This document shows, one piece after another, positions 1 to 12,831 of a stretch of 64,000 nucleotides of DNA. Below the pieces are notes generated by a model. That model had not been told where the DNA came from, ran no database searches, and worked only from the letters and a program-made list of their open reading frames with translations. Position 1 is the first letter of the stretch. The number at the start of each line of letters is the position of its first letter. Source of the DNA: Leucoraja erinacea. Lineage: Eukaryota. Position numbers and translations under genes: made by a program. Location of the stretch: the NCBI RefSeq assembly GCF_028641065.1, contig NC_073389.1:40486001-40550000 (forward strand), read 5' to 3'.

Positions 1-496
1 TCTTGTCCCCTTTTCCAACTACAAACAATAAAAATAGCACTTGAAATTATAACACATTTAAAGGTTTTTTGTCAAATTTTCTGTACTGTGGAAGGCACTG
101 GCATCGATCCGGGGTGAGGGGGAATATATCCCCTCACTTTTTGAGGTTGGGTATGGCCTGTATTAATATCCCCCAGTTTTGGAGGTCGAGCAATAACTAA
201 AATAATAATCACCCGCTCCTATCTCAAAAACATTGAAATCATACTTCTACAATACATTAAAACATGATTTTAATATATTAAATTTCAAAAAGTCCCTACG
301 GTGGGAGGGGGGCGCCGCCCACTCGATCACTCCACTCCCTCATCAGGGACCTCCAAGGCCAGTGATCACTCAGTCCCCCCACTTTCAATAAAGTTCCACG
401 GCCCCTGTCATTGACCTGGGAACATTGGTTTTGTCTTTTTGCAGTTACCCTGTGTTTTTACGTGTACATTATGTGTGTCTGTGTATATATATACAC

Positions 497-636
497 AGGG
501 AGTTAGAAAGGGATCAGGGGGTATGGAGAGAAGGCAGGGATGGGATAATGAGTTGGATGATCAGCCATGATCATATCGAATGGCGGTGCAGGCTCGAAGG
601 GTCGAATGGCCTACTCCTGCACCTATTTTCTATGTT
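497..636 (+). mobile_element. CR1/HER1-type LINE 3' tail
   Basis: gatcagccatgatcatatcgaatggcggtgcaggctcgaagggtcgaatggcctactcctgcacctattttctatg; recurs near 25270, 38860, 40740, 47525, 53415 and 54540. Confidence 0.8.
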
Positions 637-1053
637 TTTATATCTATAGATATGTGTATATATATGCATGTGTATATATTGATGTGTGCGTATGTATGTG
701 TATATGTATATAGACATAGACTTTCTCGTTTATTATATTGTTTACAGTGTGATATGTTTACATATTCTGTGGTGCTGCTGCACGTAAGTATTTCATTGTT
801 CTATCTGGGGCATATGACAGTAAAACACTCTCTGACTTCTCTCCAGAGATACTGCTTGTCCTGCCTGCCTGCCTGCCGCTGAGTTACTCCAGCATTTTGT
901 GTCCAACGAGTTTTAATGCTGCGACCAGCGGCCCGATGAAGGCGGAAACTCAACACACAAACTCATTGCCTGCAACGGCGTCGCCTCCCCCTAGAAAGTA
1001 GGATGTTGTTGCGGACCTATTGCCCCACTGGGCAGGAATGAGGAGCCACATAC

Positions 1054-1370
1054 CTGGCGCTGATTCTCCGCCACGCTGCTCCCCTCACGCCGCTCCTCCA
1101 CCTGCTGCAGCGTGGCCCCCAACCCCAGGCGTAGACAACACTTTCCACACAATGCCAGGCCAGATCTAATTTGTTTTAATGTTAGAAAGGCCAACAGCAA
1201 GGCTGAGGGTCGCGCCGATGCAATTTCGTATCTGCTCGTTTTTATAAAACGTATGCATAAAACTATCGTGAGTTTTCTCGTTTCCTTCTGGTCCACCGTC
1301 TGCTGAAGCTGCTGCGCTGAACATGAAACTACACATTTCCCGGGTAACCGGATGACGCCGGAAATGGGCA
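1054..1370 (-). promoter_or_regulatory. Candidate CpG promoter and first exon of an unidentified minus-strand gene
   Basis: CpG-rich; clustered X-box-like TTTCCCGGGTAAC, TGACG and ETS CCGGAA motifs at 1336-1364; strong minus-strand donor CAG|GTATGT at 1054/1053. Confidence 0.4.
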
Positions 1371-3159
1371 CAACATGCTGGAGTAACTCAGCAGGTCGCA
1401 GTAGAGCAGACAGAATGTGCAGAAAGGAACTACAGATGCTGGTTTATACCGAAGATAGACACAAAATGATGGAATGACTCAGCGGGTCAGGCAGCTTCTT
1501 TGGAGAAAGAGGAGGAGAGCTTCTTCAAAGCAGGCATGCCTTGTGGAGATTTGGCTGACAAAATGTGTAGAAATGTCCTTCATCTGCTCCACTGCAAAAT
1601 CTCCTCAAGGTATACCTACGGTGAAACAGTTCTCCTCCTCTTTCTCCAGAGATTCTGCCTAACCCCGTTGAGTTACTCCGGTATTTTGTGGTCTATCTGA
1701 TGCTGGAGATGGGCAGTAATACAGCGATAGCCCCAGCAAGAGGAGGAGTGACACAAAATGCTGGAGTATGCAGTTAGGAGGGAGAAATACATCAGCCATG
1801 ATTGAATGGCCAAGTAGACTTGATGGGCTGAATGGCCTAACCCTGCTCCTATCACTTATGACCTAGGACTTCACTGACGTACTATCTATCTTCGGTATCA
1901 ACCAGCATCTGCAGTTCCCTACGCAAGAGGAGAAGGGAGATGGGGCCTGATGAAACCAATGAGTATTGGCATGTAGAATCAGTTTGATAGCAAGAGTAAG
2001 AAGTTATTGATGGATCCTGAGTCTTCGCACATGCTGGCAAAAAAATAATTGCACTACTTTGCCTGCATGTTTCCATTATTTCTTGGTTTATACTGTGCTT
2101 TGCAGTTTAGCTCCAGTTAGGAGACCTAAATTCTATCCCCATCAGTGACTTCTTACTCTGGCTATCGTATCTTCAAACTGATTCTCCATCTTGAGCTCAA
2201 ACATAGTACAGTACTGGAATAAGCCCTTCGGCCACAATATTTGTGCCAAACATGATGCCAAGTCCAACTCTTATCTGCCTGCACATAATCCATATCCCTC
2301 AATTACCTACATATCCATAAATCTATCAGGTCTCTTAAATGCAACTATTGTATGTCTCACCCATCACCCCCGACTGTGCATTCAAGACACTCACCACCCT
2401 CCGTGTAAAAAAATCTCTCACCCCACACATCTCCTTTCATCTTTGCCCCTCTCACCTCTAATATTTGATTTTTCAGTTTAGTTTATTTAGTTTAGTTTAT
2501 TGTCACGTGTACAGTGAAAAGCTTTTGTCCTGTGCTAACCCAGTGGAAAGACAATACATGATATTCCTCAGGATGGAAGGTAAGAACACATTTTCTATCC
2601 TGAAGAGAAGGTTCTGACTATCTACTCTATCTATGCCTCTCATAATTTTATATACTTCTACCAGGTTTTCAGGCAACCTCTGGCGTTCCAGAGAAAATAA
2701 TCCAAGTCTGTCATACCTCTCCCTGTAACTAATACCCATTATATAATTCTGTTACACCTCCTTTGCATCCTTTCCAAAGCCTTCACATCCTTCCTGTAAT
2801 GGTGTGACCAGACTGCATGCTATACTGCAATTGCAGCAAACCAAATTTCTACGAAGCTGCATCATGTCTTACTGATTCTTATCACTAAGACATGATGGCG
2901 AGTCTCACCTTTTCTTGATAGAACTACTCTGCCTCCATCTGCAAAGCAGTCAATCAATCTGTATTTTTCTCCAAACTAGAAGAGGCTGTTGGGTTGGAAG
3001 ATAAGAATAAGGAGAACGCATACTTGTTTTGCAAAGTAGAAGAGTGGATGAAAACACATGTACAAAATTAAAGAGATATAATTGAGAGCCTATCAACAAT
3101 AGTGGAAGAGATAAAAAAAATTAAGATCAATTGGAAACTCTAGTGTACAAATTTTACTC

Positions 3160-3345
3160 AGAACAGGGCTGGAGAAATTAGGAAAGTGGAAGCAAGTCCT
3201 TACAAGAAGTCCGAACCTGGTCGGAAATGTATAATCAAGAAAATTATTGGAATCCATGGGTTTGTAATGGTTATTGGTCACTGACTTCAGCCCTGAGATG
3301 GACAAAGAGAAATCGAGAAAAGGAACCTGAGTACTTACAGGTCTC
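3160..3345 (-). mobile_element. Degenerate Penelope-like reverse transcriptase fragment
   Basis: PFLD.S.SISG....T..HYKP.DS..FLDY peptide typical of the PLE RT C-terminus. Confidence 0.65.
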
Positions 3346-4023
3346 AAATCTATATGTCCAAACTTAAGAAGGTTGACTCTGGAAGTCCCAGAGGACCCTA
3401 AATTGTTATGTTACCAAATACTCCAGATCAAACTTTAGAATTTCCCTTGAAGATCTATACTTAATATCAGGAGAGATCCATAACTAATCACAGATAATCA
3501 TAAAATTATATATGTATTATGTACAGATTTACAAACAGGAAAAGTTAACTTAGCCCCTCAAACATGGTCCATCTACCATTTAAAACATGGGTAATCTGTA
3601 ATTTAATACAATTTACTTCACTTTAAACTATAACCATTGATTTTGTTCAATCAACACAGAACAAGGGATCTATATCCCTGTTCTATATTTTAGAACATCT
3701 TCATTTTGTTAGCACATGAGATCTTGAGATTCTTCACCATCTTACCCTCATTGTGATCTTGTTCTCCTGAGTTGAATCATTGAACCCCAACAGAAGCTTG
3801 AGAAAAAGGATATCCCTTACATGTTGCATAAGGCACTTTACATTTTTCATTACCAAATTTAAATCTTAATTTTTTACCACACAGTTGGCAATAGTAAAGA
3901 ACGAGTCACTGATGAGGAAGTATAAACTGGTATTTTGGGAAATCCTTTTTGTAGCCGGCAGTGGTCCAGCTTTCTGAGGTCTGCATCCAAGTCTTTCTCA
4001 TATCTGGACCATAGGATTATTTT

Positions 4024-4245
4024 GTTCAAGAAGGAACTGCAGATGCTGGAAGATCGAAGGTACACAAAATTGCTGGAGAAACTCAGCGGGTGCAGCAGCA
4101 TCTATGGAGCGAAGGAAATAGGCGACGTTTTGGGCCGAAACCCTTCTTCAGGAGTCTGAAGAAAGGTTTTGGCCCGAAACGTCGCCTATTTCCTTCACTC
4201 CATAGATGCTGCTGCACCCGCTGAGTTTCTCCAGCAATTTTGTGT
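4024..4245. mobile_element. Palindromic Penelope-derived short element with a hammerhead-like core
   Basis: Inverted arms of about 90 bp centred near 4153; 16-bp TSD ACCATAGGATTATTTT at 4008 and 4246. Confidence 0.8.
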
Positions 4246-5399
4246 ACCATAGGATTATTTTAACTGTCAGATTGGTTTGTTTTGCTTCTCTCTCCTATTT
4301 TTTCATATTTACAACTCATCTCTTCATTGTCTACTTGTCTGCTATCGCCGCCTTTATCACATACCATCATTCATTTCCTGACTGGATTCCTCTTGACCAC
4401 TACTCTTTAGTTCCTTCCCTTTCTGTGTAATTATTTATAAGCTATTTATTTTTTGTCGTCACTCTCTACTGCAATGAAAGACTGGCTCATCGGCCTGAAA
4501 TATTGACTTTTTTATCTCTCGACAGATATTTCCTGACCCGAGGCAAAATTTCTATATATATTTAAGAAGTAGAAACAAGGAACTGCTGATTTACAAAAAA
4601 AAAGGACACAAAGTGCTGGAGTAACTCAGCAGTTCAGGCAGCATCTCTGGAGAACATGGAAAGGTAACATTTTGGGTCGGTACCCTTCTTCAAATTGATG
4701 TATATATATATATTTGTTGTGTTGTGGTGTTTAAAGTACTTGTAAAGCTTTAGTAAGTGAGAATTGCATTGTTTGGTCCAGGTGCATATGATAATTAAAA
4801 ACTCTTGCTTTCTTGATTTTCGGTTTTCCTCATCGCTAAATTTTATTTATGATAAAATTACAATTACAAATGGTATGAACATTGAATTCTCCAATTTAAT
4901 GTTTACCCTCTCTTTCCCCCGCTCCCACCACACCCTCCATATGCTCATCTCCCATCCCCGAGTCTCATATTTTGGTTATCCCCTCTTTACCCTTCCAGTC
5001 ATATCCCTCCCTCCAGCCTTTTTTCCTTATTTGACACCATTCTGTCTCCTTTTCGCTTCTAGCCTTTGTCACTATCCTCACCCATCAGTCAATCAAAATT
5101 CCCTCACCTGTATCCACTTATCACAAGGCCTTGCCTCCTCACCTCTGTTTTCCAGCTTTCTCAGCCCTACTTTATCAGTCTGAAGAAGTGTCCTGACTCA
5201 AAACGTCAACTTCCTCCACATCATCTGTCTGACCCACAGAGTTCCCCCAGCACTTTGATTTTTGCCTTAACCTACTAATTCTCTGAAAATTCATAATTTT
5301 TTTTCATGGGTGCTTTGCCGCCGGTGAAATTTACCATTCTCTAAGTATATGTTTATCATAAGATAGCTATAAAATCGTCCACTTTGTAGGAGTATACAA

Positions 5400-5600
5400 G
5401 CAAGCGGTGGATTGGAGTTCCGGTTTAAAGGACCAACGAGCATCTGGTGCATGTTTCCTACCCTTGTGCGATGATGTTATTGGGTGAAGTTCAGGAAGCT
5501 CCGCCCGCGCGGCAATTTTCACTTTGTTACATTGGTGCCAGAGAACGGTGAATCTTCTCTGCAGTCCGTCATTCATTTCGGTGCACGGCGAGGAAGGGAT
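5400..5600 (+). promoter_or_regulatory. Probable promoter of the Cut8/Sts1-like gene
   Basis: Local CpG enrichment; GC box CCGCCC at 5501; three reverse CCAAT boxes (ATTGG at 5411, 5479, 5531). Confidence 0.5.
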
Positions 5601-5848
5601 AGGGAGGGAAGGGGGGGAAAGGGAAAACAATTACAAGGACTGAAATTTATGAAGAGAAAAATTCCCATCCTCTTCTTCACAATTGCTCACGAGAAGCAAG
5701 GAGCAAAATCCGAAACTTTCGCCGGGAGTTTATTTATTTTTTTTGTTTTATTTTGTTCTTCTCTCCAGCAAGTGGACTTCAATACGCGTCGATTTTGCGT
5801 TTTACTAATATATTTATGGCTCCTGCTGAAAACCTAAGACAAGTGCTG

Positions 5849-5882
5849 ATGGAAATTCCAAACCCGCAGCCTAAGATTGCTG
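5849..5882 (+). CDS. Cut8/Sts1-family protein, coding exon 1 (MEIPNPQPKIA+1 nt)
   Basis: ATG at 5849; donor G|GTACGT at 5883; phase 1 joins in frame to the 7273 exon; lies just downstream of a CpG-rich promoter-like region. Confidence 0.65.
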
Positions 5883-7272
5883 GTACGTAAACCCATGTTT
5901 AAATAGACGCGGAAAAAATAAGGCGCTTAACTGAGACGAGGCGATGGGGGAGGGAAGGGGAACACTCTTGTTAACTAGTTTTAAACACGGTTGAAAGTCA
6001 ATATGATGATCATTGATTTTGAGTATTGCATCTGTTCAGTTAAATGATCAATCTGCACTATTGTCCGAAAAAAATGATCAGTTATGTTTTTATAAAATTG
6101 CTGCTCTACCACGATATTGGCGGGGAGATGAGAAAGCAGTTTCCATCCCGCACGTTCACCCAAATTGTAATGTTTAGCATATGAAATAGAATATATTATA
6201 GTTTAATAGACCCAATGTATGTTATTAATTTATTAGCTGAAATAATTTGAGGATGATGATCATTGCAATATCTTTATTGTAGCAATGGAAGACGCGGGAA
6301 GCGCCAAACGTGAGCCAACAATTGATGGGAATCCTTATTGATTACACTATTGATTAAAAAATATTTATCGGGTTTTTGGATGCGATACTAAATTAAATAT
6401 GTGTTTATATTTTATATGGATTGACATTGATGATTTTATAGTGCGTGGACACAATACATTGGTAATAGTGGCCAGCTGTTGGTAAAACTGACCAGATATA
6501 ATCTGATACAAGCATTGTCGACGCAAAGAAGAAAGCTAGGATAAAATAGATATTATTTCTACTTTAAGCATGAATGCAACATGGGGATTTCTTAAACTTT
6601 TAAAAGCTGACCTTTTGAATAGATAGTGAGACCCCTATAGGCCACATTTCTCATTATACTCATTATTTTCCTAATTTAAAAATGTATACTATTCTCACGT
6701 ACAGTGCATTTTTGGCTGTAGTATACTATATCCGGACAGACAGCCAACAGATAACTTATAAATTGAACGATCCAGCAATAAGCAGAAGTTACAATGTTAA
6801 CGCGGGAGGCTTATACAAAAATCATTCACAAATATTCTTGCATGCAAGTGTTTGCGGTTCCGTGGTGAGAAGAGCATCACTCGTAGTATTTAAATTTGAC
6901 ATATTGCGAATATTAACACTCAGAACTAAACATTTTCAGCAGATCAACGGTGCAGAGGATGTAGTTGGCGGTCTTGAGCAGAGACCTAGAGTTACCCTAC
7001 ACAGGAAGCAGGCTCTTCCACCTAACTCATCCATGCCGACCAAGATGAACCAGCCCCATTTGGCTGCTTTTGGCCCAGAAATCTCTACACCTTTCCTACC
7101 CATCGCATCTACAGCTGTCCCTGGCGGCGTGTTCTATGTATCCACCACCCTCTTAAAAACAAAAGTTGCCCCTCTGGTCCCCTTCCAAGTCCATGTTGCC
7201 TTAGAAAAAAAATGCAGATTCAGTCATTAATTTTGCTTCTTTTAAAAAAAAAACACTTTTTTCCCCCTCCAG

Positions 7273-7392
7273 TCCATCTTCGCAGGACCTATGAAGAAAT
7301 TATGAATTCCACGAGGGCGCAAACACGTTTAACAGCACTTCATGCCAATGTTCCTCCAACATCTTTTCTAAGAATGGAGAACAGCCCAACAG
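7273..7392 (+). CDS. Cut8/Sts1-family protein, coding exon 2 (VHLRRTYEEIMNSTRAQTRL...RMENSPT)
   Basis: Polypyrimidine tract and CAG acceptor (ttccccctccag); donor AG|GTAATT; phase 1 to 1; open frame. Confidence 0.75.
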
Positions 7393-7888
7393 GTAATTGT
7401 TTAATTCAAGATATGAATGTTACATCAGGTTTGTGTGTTTGTGTATACAAACTTTGCTGCAATAAGGTAATGTGATTGGCCGAATGGCATAATTCTGCTC
7501 CTATCAAGTATACTCTGCCATTCAATCATGGCTGATCTATCTCTCCCTCCTAGCCCCATTCTCCAGCTTTCTCCCCATAACCCCCTGACATCTGTACTAA
7601 TCAACAATAGATGTCATCCCCTCTTTCCTATCAGGATCTTGGTCAAAAGTAGTCTTGGTTGGTGTGCTTTTTAGAGCCAACATGCTTGGCTTGTTCCAGC
7701 ATGTAGAGTGAATTGAAATTTGATTTCTGTAATGCTGGAGAATTCTGCAGACGGATCAGCAACTTTGTTTATTATTGAAGATCATTTTGTAATATTTTTC
7801 GTTTATATGATGGGCTATTCCCCCAATAAATTGGGATGTTCACGCAGCAAGTTCTTCAATTTAGCTATTTAATTTGGTACTGCCATTC

Positions 7889-9262
7889 ACGAGACCCTTC
7901 TTCAGACGAGGGGGGGGGGGCAGGAAAAAGAAAGGAAGAGGCGGAGACAGTAGGCTTGTGGGAGAGCTGGGAAGAGGGAGGGGAAGGAAGGAGTAAGCAA
8001 GGACTATCTGAAATTAGAGAAGTCCATGTTCATACTGTTAGGGTGTAAACTACCCAAGCGAAATATGAGGTGCTGTTCCTCCAATTTGCGCTGGGCCTCA
8101 CTCTGGCATTGGGGTGGGCCCAAGCCAGTCAGATTCGGAATGGGAGGGGCAGTTGAAGTACTGAGCCATCAGGTGGATCAGGTTGGTTAGTGCGAACTGA
8201 GTGTAGGTGTTGGGTTGCTGCTGGACATGGGGGGCACGGTATGGTGGAGACGCCCCTCAAATTAAAAATTAAATTAAGGGAAGGTATCCCACGCCAGGGG
8301 GCCACATGAGTGGCACGGGTGGGGGACATTATTTGTGGAAGTGAAAATGTCAAATGGGATTTTCGCACTGTAAACACTGTATATATTTATTACTTGGACA
8401 GGGGCCACAGAGTGGCACGGGTGGGAGACTGTTGGGTGAAATTTGAAAAATGTTAAAAAAAATTGTACTGAAAAAACTTGTATAGTCTCCGAAAATGTCG
8501 GATGAATTTTGTTTTGTTTGAATGGTTCAGGAATTGCATATATTTATCAATGAATAAAGTCTATTTTGAAATAAAAAAAAAAAAAATAAAAAAAAGAGTG
8601 TAGGTGTTGGGCGAAACAATCGCCAAGCCTGTGCTTGGTCTCGCCGATGTAGAAAAGCTTTTTTTTCTTCAAAATAGACTTCATTTGAGAAATAAATATA
8701 TACAATACATGATCCTTACAAAACTTCATCCGACATTCTCGGAGCCTATACATACAATACAGTTTCCCCAAATCACAAATGTATCTCCCTCCCCCCCACC
8801 CTTGCCACTCATGTGGCCCACTGGCATGGTATCCGATGTAGAAAGGTTGGCACCTGGATCTCCCGGTGGCTCAGCACTTCAACTCCCCCTCCCATTCCAA
8901 ATCCGACCTTTCTGTCCTGGGCCTCCTCATTGCCAGAGTGAGGCCCAGCGCAAATTGGAGGAACAGCACCTCGTATTTCGCTTGGGTAGTTTACACCCCA
9001 GCGGTATCGACATCCAATTTCAGATAGTCCTTGCCTTCTCCCTCCTTCCCCTCCCCCTTCCCAGCTCTCCTACAAGCCTACTATCTCCGCCTCTTCCTTT
9101 CTTTCCTTCCCCCCCCCCCCCCCCCCCCCCGACATCAGTCTGAAGAAGGGTCTCGCCCCAAAACGTCGCCTTTTTCCGTCTCTCCATAGATAGTCACCCG
9201 CTGAGCTTGTCCAGCATTTTTGTCTACCTTCGATTTTTCCAGCATCTGCAGTTCTTTCTTAA
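7889..9262. mobile_element. Inverted pair of Penelope-like 3' ends (GIY-YIG C-terminus) with two nested poly(A) retroposon insertions
   Basis: Minus-strand YIGETKHRLGD.F..HL; plus-strand HCQSEAQRKLEEQHL.FRLGSLHP; terminal ctgaagaaggg...aaacgtc motif; nested inserts at 8215-8595 and 8656-8832 with TSDs. Confidence 0.8.
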
Positions 9263-10329
9263 ACATGAATATAGAGGGAATCTTTTTTTGTTTTACTTTT
9301 GCCGCTTTTTTGCTGATGGGAATTTCCCATTGAATGATGGGATAGAAAAGATGCATTTTGCAGAGGATTAGTGTAAAAGTGTGCTTGATGTCCAATGTGC
9401 GGTGAAGTCTATCAAATAAAAATTGAGATAACCAGAAAATCTGCCCTAATGCTGATTGAAGGATCTATTAGTGTTGCAGATAACACTCATTGTCTATGAA
9501 TAGTGCACAGAATCTTTTGTCCAATAAAAAAAATGATTTTGTTATCATGGCTCCATCCAATGGCCCAGGACCTCCTTATTTCTACAAAGAATGGTCATTT
9601 TGTAGTTTGGGTATGTAAATTTTCTGGATTGGTACATGAACCTAAAGCTTACTGACTTGTTAAGAATGTAATCACCGAGTCGAAATCCTGAAGGATTTTC
9701 ATGGCCATATTTATATCCAGAGGTATAATTTCAAGCAGACTATTATTTTATGCCTTTATTAGCTTTACCAATCTTTATTATTTTATCCCGGTGTTTGTAA
9801 AAGACCAACTAAAACTAATATGACAAGCAGATGTAGATTGATATGATGTTGTGGCCATTGGCAGCTATTCATCTTATTGCTTTGCTGAAAGTACACTTTA
9901 TTGTTTTCCAGCGCAAGATTTTTCTGAAGTCTCATCGTTCGCCAGAAGAAAGTTTGGAGCCAGAAGAAGAACATACACCAGTTCATCAAATTTCATATGT
10001 AACAAAAAATCATTGGAAAATGATAGTGAGAAAGGTGTGTGCCTGTTGAATTTGATATTGTATACCATTTTATATGAACCTGAACAGGTTCTACAGAGTT
10101 CATTTTGCATCCATTTACAGATAACTATGTGTTGGCAGTCATATTTCCACACCTGGGATCCAAGTGTACCATGGATATATGATAATGGACATAGAACAGT
10201 TATTTTCATTTTATGATTGGATGTCATATCTCAGATTAGCTCAATGTCAAATATACCAGCATGCAATGAAATTTCTCCTTTGCATGAAGCCCATAGAGTA
10301 AACATTTACGGTAATGATGAATACAAAAT

Positions 10330-12610
10330 TCTGACTGTCCTGTTGGCCTTCTTCTCAAAACGAGCATTAAGTTCACCAGGGAGGGCTGCACTGTAACCAG
10401 TGATGCTGCCTGACTTTACTTTGCTTTGCGGGCAGTTATGGCTTTCGGGCCTTGCCACAGTAGATGTGTGTCTGAATGCATTGTCTTGGCATTCCTGATG
10501 ACTTTGCAAAGATTATAGTGAGGTTTCTTGAACCACCTGGAATTGGTCTTGGCCTTCACCTGGGAATGTACCTCATAATTCATCAATGGTTTCCAATGGG
10601 GAACATTTTGATTGTCTTCTTCAGCACTCCTCTGCGCACTTGCTGATGAAATCAGTCATGGCAGTGGCCAACTCATTCAGGCTGGCTGTTGATTCCCTGA
10701 ATATGGACCAGTTCACTGACTCAAAGCAGTGGGATGTCATCTGTTTCTGCAGAAACAAACTAAAAGATTGAGTTACTGCTGTACGTAGACAGTGTCATTG
10801 GTGTGCAGGGAGGAGAGCAATTCTGGGGGGCATCAGTATTGAGAGTCTGGGTGAAGAAATTGTTATGATGACCAATTCTCAGTTATGCCAGTCAGAAAAA
10901 ACATTTGCAGATATATGCCCCAAGGCCAAGATTCAGGAGCTTTGTGAAGAGTTTATTCGGTATTATGGTGTTAAAGGCTGATCTGTCGTCAATGAATAGC
11001 ATCTACACAGAAATGTGAGATGTTGTATTTTGGGAAGTCTAACATGGGTAGGACCTTCACAGAGAATGGTAGGGCTCTGGTGAGTTTTGTAGAGCAGAGG
11101 GATCTAGGAGTGCAGGTGCTTGGTTCCTTGAAGGCCGAGTCGTAGATAGATAAGGTGGTCATAAAGTCTTTTGACACATTGGCCTTCATCATTGAGTATA
11201 GAAGTTGGGAGGTCATGTTGTAGTTGTGTAAGACTGGTGAGACCGCATTTAGAGTATTGTATTCAGTTCTGGGCACCATGTTATTGGAAAGATGTCAAGC
11301 TGGAACAGCTACAGATAAGATTTACGAGGATGTTGCCAGGATTAGAGGGTCTGAGCTATAGGGAGAGGTTGAGTATGCTGGGACTCTCTTCCCTTGAGCA
11401 AGGTGGATGTTAGGTGATCTTATAGAGGTGTATAAAATCATGAGAGAAATAGATCGGGTAGATGCACAGTCTCTTGCCCAGAGTAGGTGAATCGAGGACC
11501 ATAGGGCATAGGTTTAAGATTTAATAGGAATCTGAGGGGTAACTTTTTTACACAAAGGGTGTTGAGTGGATGGAACAAGCTGCCAGAGGAGGTAGTTGTG
11601 GCAGGGACTAAACCAACGTTTAAGGAACAGTTAGATAAGTACATGGATTGCACAGGTTTGAAGGGATATGGACTAAACGCAGGAAGGTGGGACTAGTGCT
11701 ATTGGGGCAAGTTGGGCCAAAGGGCCTGTTTCCACGTTGTATCACTGTGGCTCAACTTAGACATGGGCATTTTTATTAACAAGGTGATCCAGAGCTTAAT
11801 CATGTAGTGCAAGGGGTCCACCATGGTCCTATTTTCCTTTACGCAAATTGCTAGGCCCTAGATTGTCCAGGAGATTGATGTTAATGTGGACAATACCAAA
11901 CACTTAATTGTGGTCAATATTAGAGCTACCTGGTGGTAGTCATTGAGATCTGTCATTTTTACTTTTCTTGGGGATTGTAATTAGAGCAGTTTCCGTGAGA
12001 GATTCAAGGTGACCATATGACTAGCACATGATTTCGGTATCGGTTCAGAGACTCCATCTGGGCCAACTGCTTTCCAAGAGTTTATCCTTGTGAAAGCACA
12101 TCTGACCTTCAAATCCATTCTCAACCAGTAGAGATATGCCATTGCTAGAGATCCCCCACTTCCCCAATTTGGCCTAATAGCTTGTGACAGTACACAGGCC
12201 TTGTCACAGTTGTCTGGCATCACTTGATTAAATTGAACCTCTAAATTGTTCTGGAATTTTCCTTTGGCATCCCTGATAGCCTTTCACAGATCCTTGTACA
12301 GCCTTGCATCTAGACTTTAGAAGAGTCTTTCCCATTCATTTACGTTTTTGAATAAGATAGATCCCAATTGCCTTTGTCTGAATACAGTCGTCGGCATAAT
12401 TCTTGATGAAACTAGTCATGATAGAGATATATTCATTCAGACTGGAAAAGTTGTCTTGAACATGTTCCAATAATAGACCCTGAAGTAGACCCTCTGCCTC
12501 CTCAGTCCACTGGTGTGTGATTCTCTTCATTGGTACCTTGTGCTTCAATCTTTGTCCGTAAGCCAGCAAGAGCACTGACAGATGATCAGACTGGCCCAAA
12601 TGAAAGTGAT
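10330..12610 (-). mobile_element. Old Rex1/Babar-like LINE remnant interrupted by a CR1 fragment
   Basis: GQSDHLSVLL (endonuclease C-terminus), KAVGPDGV and GELNARFE peptides in minus frames; plus-strand CR1 piece at about 11005-11750. Confidence 0.6.
11005..11750 (+). mobile_element. CR1-type LINE 3' fragment
   Basis: [15 protein letters not shown]...[21 protein letters not shown] peptide. Confidence 0.85.
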
Positions 12611-12831
12611 TCTGATCATCCGCTAAATATAATCTGTGCCGAGAGTTTCTTGGTTTGATGGTGGTTTTATTATTTTATGATTTCTTCTGACATGTTGTTT
12701 GCAGGCAGACCAAATGTGTACACCCAATAAATATTAAAGTTGAATCATTTTTTTAATGTTGTGAAATTGACTATTTAAAAAAAAAAACCTACCCATGAAA
12801 GAACGGACAGAAATTTAACTTTTTATTTCAG

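Noticed and set aside
96-407. Possible hAT-like MITE
   Set aside because: Termini are only loosely complementary and no convincing 8-bp TSD was found
6682-7230. 182-aa plus-strand ORF
   Set aside because: Intronic, runs through a degenerate CR1 tail and has no recognisable protein features
8604-9143. 179-aa ORF with a proline-rich end
   Set aside because: Chimera of nested retroelement pieces and a poly-C run
9783-10227. Overlapping ORFs in intron 2 of the Cut8-like gene as a possible extra exon
   Set aside because: No convincing splice-site pair; exons 2 and 3 already join in phase
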